In this document: piece after piece, positions 54,442 through 63,977 of the stretch
How the letters are laid out: every line of letters starts with the position of its first letter
Position numbering within the stretch: position 1 is the stretch's first letter
Assembly: GCA_905339405.1 (NCBI GenBank)
Contig: CAJPGC010000034.1
Coordinates: forward strand, 3,052-67,051
Length of the DNA stretch: 64,000 bases
Source of the DNA: an uncultured bacterium
Lineage (GTDB): Bacteria > Desulfobacterota > GWC2-55-46
Direction of reading: 5' to 3'
Notes under the pieces: model-generated
Told to the model about the DNA's origin: nothing
Database searches by the model: none
What the model saw: the letters and a program-made list of their open reading frames with translations, nothing else
Made by a program: the position numbers and the translations under genes

Positions 54442-56220
54442 TTGAAAGAAGCATGGAAAAGGGAGGGCATCAGCCCTCCCTTTTCCATGTTTGATGAGAA
54501 TGCCATGCCGATTTCGAGCGGCCGGGGACAACCCGGCCGCTCAATGTCGTTCAAAGAGGCAACGTTCCCGCAACGACAGCCTGGACGGTTGCAGATGTTT
54601 GAATTCGCTTTAAAAAAGAACGCGGCCGGACACAAAAGGCTCGAGGCCGCCATCGGCGCTCTTGCCGCCGTCGTTACGTTCCTCGTCTACTTGCCTTCCC
54701 TCGCGAATGATTTCGTGAACTGGGACGACCAGATGTACGTCTACCTGAACGCCAATATCAGGAGCTTCGATTTAGAGTTCCTGAAGTGGGCCTTCAGGAC
54801 AGACATGCTGAACGCCTACTGGCACCCGCTCACGATGATATCGTATGCAATCGACTACCAGATACTCGGGCTCAACCCGGTCCAGTACCATCTCACGAAC
54901 GGCATATTCCACGGCCTCAATACCTTACTTGTTTTTTACCTCGGCGCGGCCCTTTACAGGTCAATGCGCCCGGACGCGGTAGATGCGCGCGTATTCAACG
55001 CCGGTGCCGCGGCGGCAGGGTTCGTGAGCGCGCTCCTTTTCGGCCTCCATCCGCTCCACGTGGAGTCGGTGGCGTGGATATCGGAGAGGAAGGACGTATT
55101 GTACGCGTTTTTCTTCCTCTTGAGCGTGCTTTCGTACCTGAAGTACGCGCGGCCGCAAGCCGGGCGAAAAGCGCTTTATTACTCGTTGTCGCTCATTTTC
55201 TTCGTGCTCTCGGTAATGAGCAAGCCGATGGCCGTGACTCTGCCGCTCATGCTGCTGATACTCGACTGGCATCCGCTGGCGAGGTTTTCCTGGTCGAGCC
55301 GCGCCGAGTTTCTGAAGGTCGCGGTATTAGAGAAGCTTCCTTTTTTCTGCGTAAGCCTCGCTTCCGGTCTCCTTACCGTCTCTACGATGTACGGCCATGA
55401 GAACGTGACGGCCGGGCTATCCCTGTTCGTCCGGGCAATTGTCTCTGTGCGCGGCTACATATTTTACATCTACAAGATGTTTTTGCCCTTTGATCTCGCC
55501 CCGGTCTACCCGTATCCACAAAAAATCTTTCTATTCGAGCTCGATACGATCGTCCCGGCGGCGGCTTTCATTCTCATCTGCGTTTTCTGCCTCCTGACGT
55601 TCAGGCGGCAGAAATTTTTTACGGCGGCGTGGCTTTCATATCTCATCATGCTTCTGCCTGTCATTGGGATAATACAGAACGGACATCAGTCGGCGGCCGA
55701 CCGCTACACGTACCTTCCGTTGCTCGGTTTTTTCTTTATCGCCGGTTTCGGAGCCGCGAGGCTCATGGACAGGGCAGGAGGATATCTGAGGTTGATTGCG
55801 GCTGTTCCGGTGCTCATCGTCTTTATTTGCCTGTCGTACCTGACGTTAAAGCAGGAGGCGGTCTGGGGCGGGCCGGTCTCATTGTGGAGCAGGCAGATAG
55901 AAGTATATCCGGGCCAGCCCTGGACGGCTCATTACTTCCGGGCGCTTGGTTACGCCAAAAACGGCGAATTCGAAAAAGCGCTCAGAGATTATGAAATCCA
56001 CATGGCAAGCGGAGAGTTCGACCCGAATGACGCGGTAAAATACGTTGAGCGCGGGTCGCTCCACATTGAGTTGAACGACTGCGGGGCGGCTTTGAAGGAT
56101 TTCGAGACGGCGCTCAAGATAAAGCCGGAGTTCGAGAGCGTGGTCTTCGCGAGGCCCGTGCTGGAAGCCGGAGGCGGCAGGTGCCGCCAGGCGGTGGAAG
56201 GCCTCAAAAGCGGCCTTTGA
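54442..56220 (+). CDS. TMTC/DUF1736-like polytopic membrane protein with C-terminal TPR repeats (GT-C-fold protein O-glycosyltransferase candidate)
   Basis: Multiple TM helices with a YHLTNGIFHGLNTLLVF-type motif. C-terminal TPR region. The true start is possibly ATG 54595. Confidence 0.6.
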   Translation: MKEAWKREGISPPFSMFDENAMPISSGRGQPGRSMSFKEATFPQRQPGRLQMFEFALKKNAAGHKRLEAAIGALAAVVTFLVYLPSLANDFVNWDDQMYVYLNANIRSFDLEFLKWAFRTDMLNAYWHPLTMISYAIDYQILGLNPVQYHLTNGIFHGLNTLLVFYLGAALYRSMRPDAVDARVFNAGAAAAGFVSALLFGLHPLHVESVAWISERKDVLYAFFFLLSVLSYLKYARPQAGRKALYYSLSLIFFVLSVMSKPMAVTLPLMLLILDWHPLARFSWSSRAEFLKVAVLEKLPFFCVSLASGLLTVSTMYGHENVTAGLSLFVRAIVSVRGYIFYIYKMFLPFDLAPVYPYPQKIFLFELDTIVPAAAFILICVFCLLTFRRQKFFTAAWLSYLIMLLPVIGIIQNGHQSAADRYTYLPLLGFFFIAGFGAARLMDRAGGYLRLIAAVPVLIVFICLSYLTLKQEAVWGGPVSLWSRQIEVYPGQPWTAHYFRALGYAKNGEFEKALRDYEIHMASGEFDPNDAVKYVERGSLHIELNDCGAALKDFETALKIKPEFESVVFARPVLEAGGGRCRQAVEGLKSGL

Positions 56221-56222
56221 CG

Positions 56223-57110
56223 CTAAACGTCTTTTTTAAGGGCCGGGGCGTCAGTCAGTTCTTTTATATCGACCGATGTGTGTCCGAACTGCTGCAGGCG
56301 GTTGGTCTTGACCTTTATATCGCAGGGGTTGCATCTGCCGTAAGCGTCGCAGACCCTGTAGACGTCCTCGAGCTCGAAAGCCGGGTCGATTATGTTGCCG
56401 ACCGGCTCTCTTCCTTCATAAAGGTCGCTGTGGCACTTGTACACGCCCCCGTCGCTCCCCATGATGAGCTCGGTCGTCTTGCACAGGACAGTCCTTTCAA
56501 AGGCCTTTGAGCAAGCCCCCTCGTATTTGAAAGTCCCGTACATAACTCCCTCGTGCTCGCCTAAAAATTCCTTGAAGCGGAAATCTATGCCGGCCGAAAG
56601 GCAGTACGCCTGCGCCTTCCTGATTATCTCTTCCTGCGAAGGGTGGAGGACCCCCCATATGCCGATGGAGAACCCGGCGTCCTGCATCCTCAGCACCTTT
56701 TCGACCAGAGCTGCGAGCTCCATCTGCTCCGGGTGATAGCTGACCCTGATGGAAGCGTAGGGGGCGTTCCTCCTGAGCCTTTTCGGGTCGACCTTGCTGA
56801 TGAATTCCTCGACGTCGAACTGAAGGTTGGTGAGGATGTCGATGTGTAGCTCGGGCTTCAGGTTGTTTATGAGGTAGATGAAGTCCTTGTGTAGGCTCGG
56901 CTCCCCTCCCTGGAGGGTTAATGGCAGGTCGTCCCTCGAGACGATCCTGTTCAGCCATCTGACCCATTCCTGCCCGCTGAGGCGCTTTCTCGCCGGGCCC
57001 TCGCTGCCGTAGTGGTTTATGCAGTAGCTGCACTTCAGGTTGCACGCGAGCGTGAGGAAAGCCGCGATATAGTTGTAGTGGTCAGGTATTTTTATGGATT
57101 TGAGTTCCAT
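56223..57110 (-). CDS. Radical SAM protein with C-terminal Cys-rich (SPASM/twitch-like) region
   Basis: CNLKCSYC (Cx3Cx2C). C-terminal cysteines CHSDLY...CDAYGRCNPCD. Confidence 0.7.
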   Translation of the reverse strand: MELKSIKIPDHYNYIAAFLTLACNLKCSYCINHYGSEGPARKRLSGQEWVRWLNRIVSRDDLPLTLQGGEPSLHKDFIYLINNLKPELHIDILTNLQFDVEEFISKVDPKRLRRNAPYASIRVSYHPEQMELAALVEKVLRMQDAGFSIGIWGVLHPSQEEIIRKAQAYCLSAGIDFRFKEFLGEHEGVMYGTFKYEGACSKAFERTVLCKTTELIMGSDGGVYKCHSDLYEGREPVGNIIDPAFELEDVYRVCDAYGRCNPCDIKVKTNRLQQFGHTSVDIKELTDAPALKKDV

Positions 57111-57113
57111 GTC

Positions 57114-58043
57114 CTATTCCGCCAGAAGTTTTTCTATATGCCCGAGCACTGTCGCCGGTTTTATCTCGTACATGCACGGCCGCTCTTTCAGGCAGACCGT
57201 TGAAAGGCAGGGGAGGCAGTCGTAATCCTTTTCGGGCAGCAGCTTGACGCCGTGCTTGACGTAGACTTCGCTGGAGAGAGTCGGGCCGAACAGGGCGACT
57301 ATCTTCTTGTCGAGGGCGTGCGCTATGTGCAGGCCCAGGCTGTCGTTAGTCACGAGGAGCCTGCACGAGTTGACCCACTCGATGTACTCTTCTATCGATT
57401 TGAGGCCCTGCTGCCAGGAGACCGAATACTTGCTGCGTATGAGAGTCTCGAGCTCTTTCCAGTACTCCATTGGCCACGCCTTTATCGGCCATTTCTCGCC
57501 CACGTTGAAGTTGAAGCCTATGTCATGGATTACTTCAGAGGACGGCTTGTAGCCTATGACGGGTATCTCGCCCTGCCATTTGCCGCCGACCATTTCGAAG
57601 AGGAAGTCCTCCCAGTACTTCTTGTTGGAGAGCTTCTCTTTCTCGTTGATGCACATCTCCAGGACGTGCTGCGAGCCGTCGTAGGCTTTGGCTTCTCCGG
57701 CTTCGGGGTCGAACCTGAAGCCGTACCGCCTCCAGGCTGTAAGCGAGTCGGCGAAGGCGCATATACCGGCGACCTTCTCCAGGTTTATTACCGTGTCGAA
57801 CCTTTCGGCCCGAAGCTGCAGGACCGAGGTCAGGTCGTAGGGCATTATCCTCGTGATGTACTGGTTGCCCTTCAGGAGGGCTATGGCCTTCTCGTCGACC
57901 AGCCAGGTTATGTGCGCGTCCTTGTAGCGCGGCAGCAAAACGGTGCTGCGGAGCACGTCTCCGAGGCTGGTCTTCCTGCTTATCTCGCCCACGAGCGTCT
58001 CGGAGTAGCCAAGCTTGATTATGAGGACCTTTTCAGCGGCCAT
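57114..58043 (-). CDS. Glycosyltransferase family 9 (heptosyltransferase-like)
   Basis: N-terminus KVLIIKLGYSETLVGEI...LGDVLRSTVLL is typical of the GT9 N-terminus. Confidence 0.7.
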   Translation of the reverse strand: MAAEKVLIIKLGYSETLVGEISRKTSLGDVLRSTVLLPRYKDAHITWLVDEKAIALLKGNQYITRIMPYDLTSVLQLRAERFDTVINLEKVAGICAFADSLTAWRRYGFRFDPEAGEAKAYDGSQHVLEMCINEKEKLSNKKYWEDFLFEMVGGKWQGEIPVIGYKPSSEVIHDIGFNFNVGEKWPIKAWPMEYWKELETLIRSKYSVSWQQGLKSIEEYIEWVNSCRLLVTNDSLGLHIAHALDKKIVALFGPTLSSEVYVKHGVKLLPEKDYDCLPCLSTVCLKERPCMYEIKPATVLGHIEKLLAE

Positions 58044-58539
58044 CGCGGCAAAATCCCTCCCTTGTCATTCTTGCGGCTTCGGTGTAGAGCCCGGCCGGGT
58101 CGAGCCCCCGGGCCTCAAGCATCTTTTTCCTAATGAAGTACTCGGGCAGCGAATGCGCCCTCGCGGTCCCAATCCCGTTCTTGAAAAGCGACACAAGGTC
58201 GAGGAGTATGTGAAAAACGAGGCCCAAACAGACCGCAAACAGCGGGGCAGAGCCAGTAAAATACGCTGCAACGAAAAGAGGCACGATGAACTCTACCGTG
58301 TGGAAGAGCTCGACGTTCAAAAACTCCGGGCTGTGCCATTTTCTGTTGATGAGCCTGTGGTATTCGAACATGCCCTTGAAGCTGAAGTCGGTGAACCTGT
58401 TGTGCCATATGTAGTCGAGATAATGGTCGAGGTCGATGGCAACTGAGGCGGCCCAGAAAAGCAGGCTCCCGGCCCCGAGCGCCGGGTAGAGTGCGGCGGC
58501 CCCAACAGCGCCGTATACGACGTGCTCACGAGGCCTCAT
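58033..58539 (-). CDS. Membrane-bound metal-dependent hydrolase-like protein (YdjM/DUF457-like)
   Basis: Hydrophobic four-TM protein with conserved His/Asp (DLDHYLDY, HTVEF). Confidence 0.4.
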   Translation of the reverse strand: MRPREHVVYGAVGAAALYPALGAGSLLFWAASVAIDLDHYLDYIWHNRFTDFSFKGMFEYHRLINRKWHSPEFLNVELFHTVEFIVPLFVAAYFTGSAPLFAVCLGLVFHILLDLVSLFKNGIGTARAHSLPEYFIRKKMLEARGLDPAGLYTEAARMTREGFCRDGR

Positions 58540-60062
58540 GAGACTTTTTTCATCTCCTCTTTCGAGAATATCTCTTCCGTGTGCTTGAACTTCTCCAGGA
58601 CGAAGCTCTCGTAGACGCCCCTTATGGTGTTGAGGACCGAAAACTTCATAGGGTAGATGCGCGTCTTCACGAGATAGGCCTTTACGAAATAGTACATCAG
58701 GAAATCTACCCTGTTCATCGGCAGTTTTATGAGGTGGTTAACGACGAGGTTACGTAGTGAAGGCTTCCAGAGGACTACGGTCGAAAGGAGCGAGAGGTTC
58801 CTCTGGAGGAGCTTTTCCTTTTGAGTGAAGCAGGTCAGCGGCGAAGTAGACTGGTAGCTCATGTGGAGCTTGTCGAAGTCCCCGTCGAACGCGCCCATCT
58901 TGATGGCGTAGTTCGCCAGCTCCGTCTTCGGATATGGGAAAAAGAGCGGGAACTCGCCGAAGGTGACGCGGCATCTGAGGTTCAAGTCGAGCGATTCGAT
59001 GTCTTCCTTGAGCGTGGTGCCCGGGATGGCGAATATGGTGTTCGAGAAGGTCGGGACGCCGTGCTTGTGGCAGAGGTCGAAAGCCGCTATAAGGGTCTCC
59101 TTCGCCATGTTCCTCTTCAGAACGTCGTTGCGCACGCGGTCGTTGCCGCTTTCTATCGACATGCTCATTGAGGCGAGCCCGGCGGCCTTGAGCTTCATGA
59201 GGATGGGTTCAGTGAGGAGGTTGGCCCTCATGAGGCAGTGGAAGGGCACGCCAATCTCCCTGGGGTACCTTTCCGAAAACTCGTCGAGCCACTCGTCGTC
59301 TTTCATGACGAAGATGTCGTCGTAGAACTTTATGAACTGTGTCTCGTAGCTGCCCTTGAGCTCCTTGAGCTCGGCGATTACACGGCCCACGCTCATCCTC
59401 GAGTGGAGCGCGCCCTTGCCCTTGTAGAGCATGTTGTACTTGTGGTTGAAACAGTAGGTGCACTTGTACGGGCAGCCGCGCGAGACCATGAAGCTCCTCA
59501 TGGGGAAGCGGCCGAGCCTCGTCGACGAGTAAAAGAGCCCCCTGTCGAGGAAGGGCAGGTCGTCGAGCGCACGCCTCCTCTCCCTCATGACAGGCGGTAC
59601 GCCAGGCTTGAAGTTGCCCTTCGTCACTATGTTGGGGATGTTGTCTATCGAAGTCCTGTTTACGAGGGCCGTCAGGAGCTCCGGCCACGCGTCGTCGCCT
59701 TCGCCAACGCACAGTGCGTCTATGTCGTGCTGCGAGATAATCTCAGGGAAGAAGGTCGGGTGCGGCCCGCCGATGACCGTGAAGATATTCTTGTCGATCG
59801 CCTTTATCTGGTTGTTGGCAGCAAGATAATACTTGTGCTCGCCGGTTTTGGCGCTGAAGGCCACGACGTCCGGGCCGAAGGCAAGGACGTCCTCCTTGAG
59901 CTTGCCGTCGGCCAGGACTGAGACGGCGGTCGTGTGCCCTTTCTCCTTCGCCAGCGCGGAAAGGAGCATTATGCCCATCGGGTCGATGTACTCGACGTCT
60001 TTTATGACGAAAAGCACCTTCACCGCGCGCCCGACGCCTCCGCTTTCGACGGTTTGCCGCAA
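58536..60062 (-). CDS. B12-binding radical SAM (class B) enzyme
   Basis: N-terminal cobalamin-binding domain (KVLFVIKDVEYIDPMGIMLLSA) and rSAM motif SRGCPYKCTYC. Confidence 0.85.
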   Translation of the reverse strand: MRQTVESGGVGRAVKVLFVIKDVEYIDPMGIMLLSALAKEKGHTTAVSVLADGKLKEDVLAFGPDVVAFSAKTGEHKYYLAANNQIKAIDKNIFTVIGGPHPTFFPEIISQHDIDALCVGEGDDAWPELLTALVNRTSIDNIPNIVTKGNFKPGVPPVMRERRRALDDLPFLDRGLFYSSTRLGRFPMRSFMVSRGCPYKCTYCFNHKYNMLYKGKGALHSRMSVGRVIAELKELKGSYETQFIKFYDDIFVMKDDEWLDEFSERYPREIGVPFHCLMRANLLTEPILMKLKAAGLASMSMSIESGNDRVRNDVLKRNMAKETLIAAFDLCHKHGVPTFSNTIFAIPGTTLKEDIESLDLNLRCRVTFGEFPLFFPYPKTELANYAIKMGAFDGDFDKLHMSYQSTSPLTCFTQKEKLLQRNLSLLSTVVLWKPSLRNLVVNHLIKLPMNRVDFLMYYFVKAYLVKTRIYPMKFSVLNTIRGVYESFVLEKFKHTEEIFSKEEMKKVS

Positions 60063-60784
60063 TAGCGGGCCCGCTCTTTTATTCTTACGTCCCAGAAAAG
60101 GGTCATGATTGCCTTCACAACGCTCACGACGTTCTTGACCGCGAACGCCTTTGTCTTGCCAGAGCTCCTCTGGGCAATCTCGACGCCTACCTCCGAATAG
60201 CTCGCGCCGGATTTCAGCAGCCTTACGAGTATGGCCGCCATGTAGGCGAAGCCCCAGGTCTTCAATGGCACTTTTTTTAGCAGCCTTGATTTCACGAGAC
60301 AGGTGCCGTTGTAGTAGGTGACGTTGAGCCCGAACATCGCGTTGATGAGCGCGACGAAGGCCCTCGATATGACCCGTCTCGAAAATGGCCTTACCCCGGG
60401 GTTGGCCGTGTAAGGGATGATGACGTCTGCGTCCCCCGCCTTAGCCATGACTTTTTCAATGGCCTTCAAAGGTATCTCGTTGTCTCCTGGCACCATCATT
60501 ATGTAATCTTTCGAGGCCCTCTTGACGCCGTCGGTGTAGTTGAACCCGAAACCCATGTTCTTTGGGTTGTGTATGACCTTGACGTTTTTTTCCTTTTTCG
60601 CTATCCCGTCCGCGAGCGCTCCGGTCGAGTCCGTCGAGCAGTCGTTGTAGATAAGTATCTCGTGGCTGGAAAACCTGTTCACGGAGGAAAGAGCGCCCTT
60701 GACGGCCTCTATCGTGCCCTTGAGGTTGCCTTCCTCGTTATAGCAGGGGACGATTATCGATATGCTAGGCTTTTCTTTCGCCAT
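60020..60784 (-). CDS. Glycosyltransferase family 2 (polyprenyl-phosphate sugar synthase-like)
   Basis: SIIVPCYNEE, and DXD in MMVPGDNE. Confidence 0.8.
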   Translation of the reverse strand: MAKEKPSISIIVPCYNEEGNLKGTIEAVKGALSSVNRFSSHEILIYNDCSTDSTGALADGIAKKEKNVKVIHNPKNMGFGFNYTDGVKRASKDYIMMVPGDNEIPLKAIEKVMAKAGDADVIIPYTANPGVRPFSRRVISRAFVALINAMFGLNVTYYNGTCLVKSRLLKKVPLKTWGFAYMAAILVRLLKSGASYSEVGVEIAQRSSGKTKAFAVKNVVSVVKAIMTLFWDVRIKERARYCGKPSKAEASGAR

Positions 60785-61820
60785 GTCCTGCGGTCTTCCT
60801 CGCGGCCTCGATTATGTCGTCTTTGCCAGGGTAGTACGCCTTCTCTAGCGCCGGGCTCGCCGGGGTGGGGGCTTCCGGCAGGTTGACCCTCATGAAGGGG
60901 GCCTTCAAAGAGACGCCCGCCTCTGCGACCTTTGCAATGACCTCGGCTCCCACGGCGCACTCTTTCCAGCCGGTGTCGGCAACGATGAGCCTTCCGGTCT
61001 TTTTTACCGACTCGATAACTGTTGACGAGTCCATCGGCTTTAGAGTCCGGAGGTCTATGACCTCCGCGTCTATCCCCTCGGCCGCCAGCGCCTCTGCCGC
61101 CTGCATCGCTTCGTGAGCCATGTGGGAGACCGCAACTATTGTCACGTCCTTGCCGCTCCTACGCACCGACGCCTTGCCGAGGGGCACTTCGTACATCTCT
61201 TCGGGCACGTGGCCCACGTGGTCGTAGAGCCACCTGTGCTCTATCATGATGACGGGGTTGCCGTCGCGTGAGGCGGCGATGAGGAGCCCTTTGGCGTCAT
61301 AAGGTGTTGCGGGCATTATTACTCTCAGGCCGGGTATGTTCATGAACATTGCCTGCAGGCTCTGGGAGTGCTGGGCCGCCGAGCCCCAGCCCCTGCCGAT
61401 GATGCTGCGTATGACGAGCGGGACATTCACCGTCCCGCCGAACATGTAGTTCCATTTCGCGGCGTGGTTGACTATCTGGTCGAGCGAGATAGGCAGGAAG
61501 TCGACCCTCATGTGGACGAGTATGGGCTTCATCCCGGCAGCTGCCGCGCCCACGCAGACCCCTGTCACGCCGTTCTCGGCAAGCGGGCTGTCCATGACGC
61601 GCTCCTTGCCGAACTCTTCCTGAAGCCCCTTTGTGGTGCCGAAGACCCCGCCGGAGTCGTCGACTCCTTCGCCTATTACGAAGACCGACTTGTCGGACGC
61701 AAGGAGCTGAGCGGTAGCCTCCCTGATGGCTTCCTTGTAGGTAATGCCGCGAAGCCCGGGCGTGTCTTTCAGGGCCTTTTCAAACTCGGTCCTGCTGCCG
61801 TATATTTTAGTCCAGGGCAT
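60765..61820 (-). CDS. TPP-dependent 2-oxoacid dehydrogenase E1 beta-like (transketolase Pyr/C-terminal domains)
   Basis: FVIGEGV...MDSPLAENGVTGVCVGAAAAGMKPI, typical of E1 beta. Confidence 0.8.
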   Translation of the reverse strand: MPWTKIYGSRTEFEKALKDTPGLRGITYKEAIREATAQLLASDKSVFVIGEGVDDSGGVFGTTKGLQEEFGKERVMDSPLAENGVTGVCVGAAAAGMKPILVHMRVDFLPISLDQIVNHAAKWNYMFGGTVNVPLVIRSIIGRGWGSAAQHSQSLQAMFMNIPGLRVIMPATPYDAKGLLIAASRDGNPVIMIEHRWLYDHVGHVPEEMYEVPLGKASVRRSGKDVTIVAVSHMAHEAMQAAEALAAEGIDAEVIDLRTLKPMDSSTVIESVKKTGRLIVADTGWKECAVGAEVIAKVAEAGVSLKAPFMRVNLPEAPTPASPALEKAYYPGKDDIIEAARKTAGHGERKA

Positions 61821-62830
61821 TATTTACCGGCCTTGTGATAGACGTCCTCGAGGAGCCTGGACGCGTGAGGGTAGGGGCTTGCCTTGGCGAACTCGACAGC
61901 CTCCGTCAATTCGGCGTTAATCGCGCTCTTCGCCTGTTCCATTTCCTCTGTGGTCAACGCGCCTTTTTCAAGGAGGAGATTGGAGAACCTCTTTATGGGG
62001 CACTGCTCCTTCCAGTAGTCGAGCTCCTCTTTGGGACGGCAGCCCTTTGTCCAGTCTTCTTCAGGGCCGACGTGCCCCTTCCACCTGTAGGTCTTCGCTT
62101 CTATCAGCGACGGCCCGCCGCCCTTGCGGCCGAGGCCGACGGCTTCTTGGGCCGCCTTGTACACGGCCAGCACGTCGTTACCGTCAACGCAATGGCCGCG
62201 CGAGTCGAATGAAGCGGCCGATTCCGATATCCTGCAGCCGCTCTGGCGCGCAGACTGGTGCGAGTTCGTAGCGTAGAAGTTGTTCTCGCATACGAAGACG
62301 ACTGGGAGTTTTTTAAGGGAGGCGAAGTTGAACGATTCGTAGAACGCGCCCTCGTCGAAGGCCCCGTCGCCGAAAAAGACCACGGTGACGCGCTCCTCAT
62401 CCCTCATCGAAGAGGCAAGGGCCGCTCCGACGCCCATCGGTATGCCGCCGCCTACAATGGCGGAGGTGCCGAGTATGCCGTTTGCCGCGTCTATGATGTG
62501 CATGGAGCCGCCTTTGCCGGAGCTGCACCCGGTTTCCTTGCCGTAGAACTCTGCCATGAGAGGGGCCATTGCCGCGCCTTTCGCCAGGCAGTGGCCGTGT
62601 CCGCGGTGGTTGGAGAAGACGTAGTCGTTCTTGAAGAGGTGCGCGCATACCCCGGCGGCAATGGCCTCCTGGCCTATGCACAGGTGCACAGGGCACTTCA
62701 TCTCCTGTTCTGGATAGAGCTCTACGATCTTCTCCTCGAACATCCTTATCCTGAGCATGGAACGATACAGGTCGAGGAGGATTTTTTTTGTGAGGGTGTT
62801 CAGCCCGTATTTGCTGAGTATCTCTTTCAT
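61820..62830 (-). CDS. TPP-dependent dehydrogenase E1 alpha-like subunit
   Basis: TPP-binding GDGA...EG..NFA region (VVFFGDGAFDEGAFYESFNFAS) and HRGHGH motif. Confidence 0.8.
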   Translation of the reverse strand: MKEILSKYGLNTLTKKILLDLYRSMLRIRMFEEKIVELYPEQEMKCPVHLCIGQEAIAAGVCAHLFKNDYVFSNHRGHGHCLAKGAAMAPLMAEFYGKETGCSSGKGGSMHIIDAANGILGTSAIVGGGIPMGVGAALASSMRDEERVTVVFFGDGAFDEGAFYESFNFASLKKLPVVFVCENNFYATNSHQSARQSGCRISESAASFDSRGHCVDGNDVLAVYKAAQEAVGLGRKGGGPSLIEAKTYRWKGHVGPEEDWTKGCRPKEELDYWKEQCPIKRFSNLLLEKGALTTEEMEQAKSAINAELTEAVEFAKASPYPHASRLLEDVYHKAGK

Positions 62831-62834
62831 GTCG

Positions 62835-63977
62835 TCAGATGAAGTTCACGTGGAGGGAAGGGTTTTTGAGCTCCCAGAGGTAACGGTTCACCTCGTCCAT
62901 CCTGCAGTTGACGCGGCACTCAGAAGTGTCGAGCTCTTTCATCACGAACTCCATAACCTTTTTGCGCCGCTCGCCCTTCCATATCTCCTCGAAGGTGTTT
63001 TCAGTGATGTTGCCCATGAGGAACCTTTCGTCCCCGAGGAACGCGCTGCACGCCCACACGCCGCCGCCGGCGTCGATATACGACCAGAATGGGATGGCGA
63101 GGCATTTGCCGTAGCGCCTTTTTTTCTCCTCGAGCCTGGTCATTGCGTTGTGCCTGAATATGACGTTGAACCTCTTGTCCGAGATTTTTCTGAGCTCGTC
63201 GCCTAGGTAGAGGTAGTCGTTATACTTAAGGCCGTCGTAGACCCTGGTCTTGCTCTTGAGGTGCTGGGAGTATGACTTTATGACGAGGTAGTCAGCCCCG
63301 ATGTCCTTCGCTTTTTTCGCAAGGAGGACCGCCTCATGGACGTTCTCAGGCAGCAGGATCATCTGCATGCCTATGGTCGAGGTGAGCCCCTCGGCTTCCC
63401 TGAACTTCACGGCACCGCTTATGTTTTTAAGGACTTTATCGAAGTCCTCTTCCTTTGTCCTGTGTATTTTAGCGTAGGTCGCCGCTGTCCCCGCGTTGAA
63501 GCTAACTTTTATCCATGTGATGGAGGCGAGGCACTCCTTGAAGACCTTCTCGGTGAAAAGGACCCCGTTGGAGGTCACGGCAACGTCTATGCCTGATTTT
63601 TTGGTGTGGTTTATAATCGCCGGGATGGACTTGTGGAGAAAGGGCTCGCCTTCACCGGCGTACATTATCGATTTGACGCCGAGCCTTCCCATCTCAATAA
63701 GCCTTGCCTTGAGGAGTTCAGTGTCGAGCTGGCGGGCCTGGTATTCCATGTAGTCCAGTCCGCAGTAGGTACACCGGTGGTTGCAGGCCCCGATCGGGGA
63801 GACTTCCATGTATACCGGGTATACGTCAACGCCCTTGAGCCAGTCGTTAACCCTGCCGACGTGGTACATGAGCTTGTGACTGTCGATCCTGAACTCGTCC
63901 ATCAGCTGGATGCGTTGTCCCTTGCAAGGTATTGTATTCTCGATAGAAAGATAACACAGGTAACGCGCTATTAACAA
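62835..63977 (-). CDS. Radical SAM protein with SPASM/twitch-like C-terminal domain
   Basis: CNHRCTYC and C-terminal CSAF...CRVNCRMDE. Confidence 0.75.
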   Translation of the reverse strand: MLIARYLCYLSIENTIPCKGQRIQLMDEFRIDSHKLMYHVGRVNDWLKGVDVYPVYMEVSPIGACNHRCTYCGLDYMEYQARQLDTELLKARLIEMGRLGVKSIMYAGEGEPFLHKSIPAIINHTKKSGIDVAVTSNGVLFTEKVFKECLASITWIKVSFNAGTAATYAKIHRTKEEDFDKVLKNISGAVKFREAEGLTSTIGMQMILLPENVHEAVLLAKKAKDIGADYLVIKSYSQHLKSKTRVYDGLKYNDYLYLGDELRKISDKRFNVIFRHNAMTRLEEKKRRYGKCLAIPFWSYIDAGGGVWACSAFLGDERFLMGNITENTFEEIWKGERRKKVMEFVMKELDTSECRVNCRMDEVNRYLWELKNPSLHVNFI

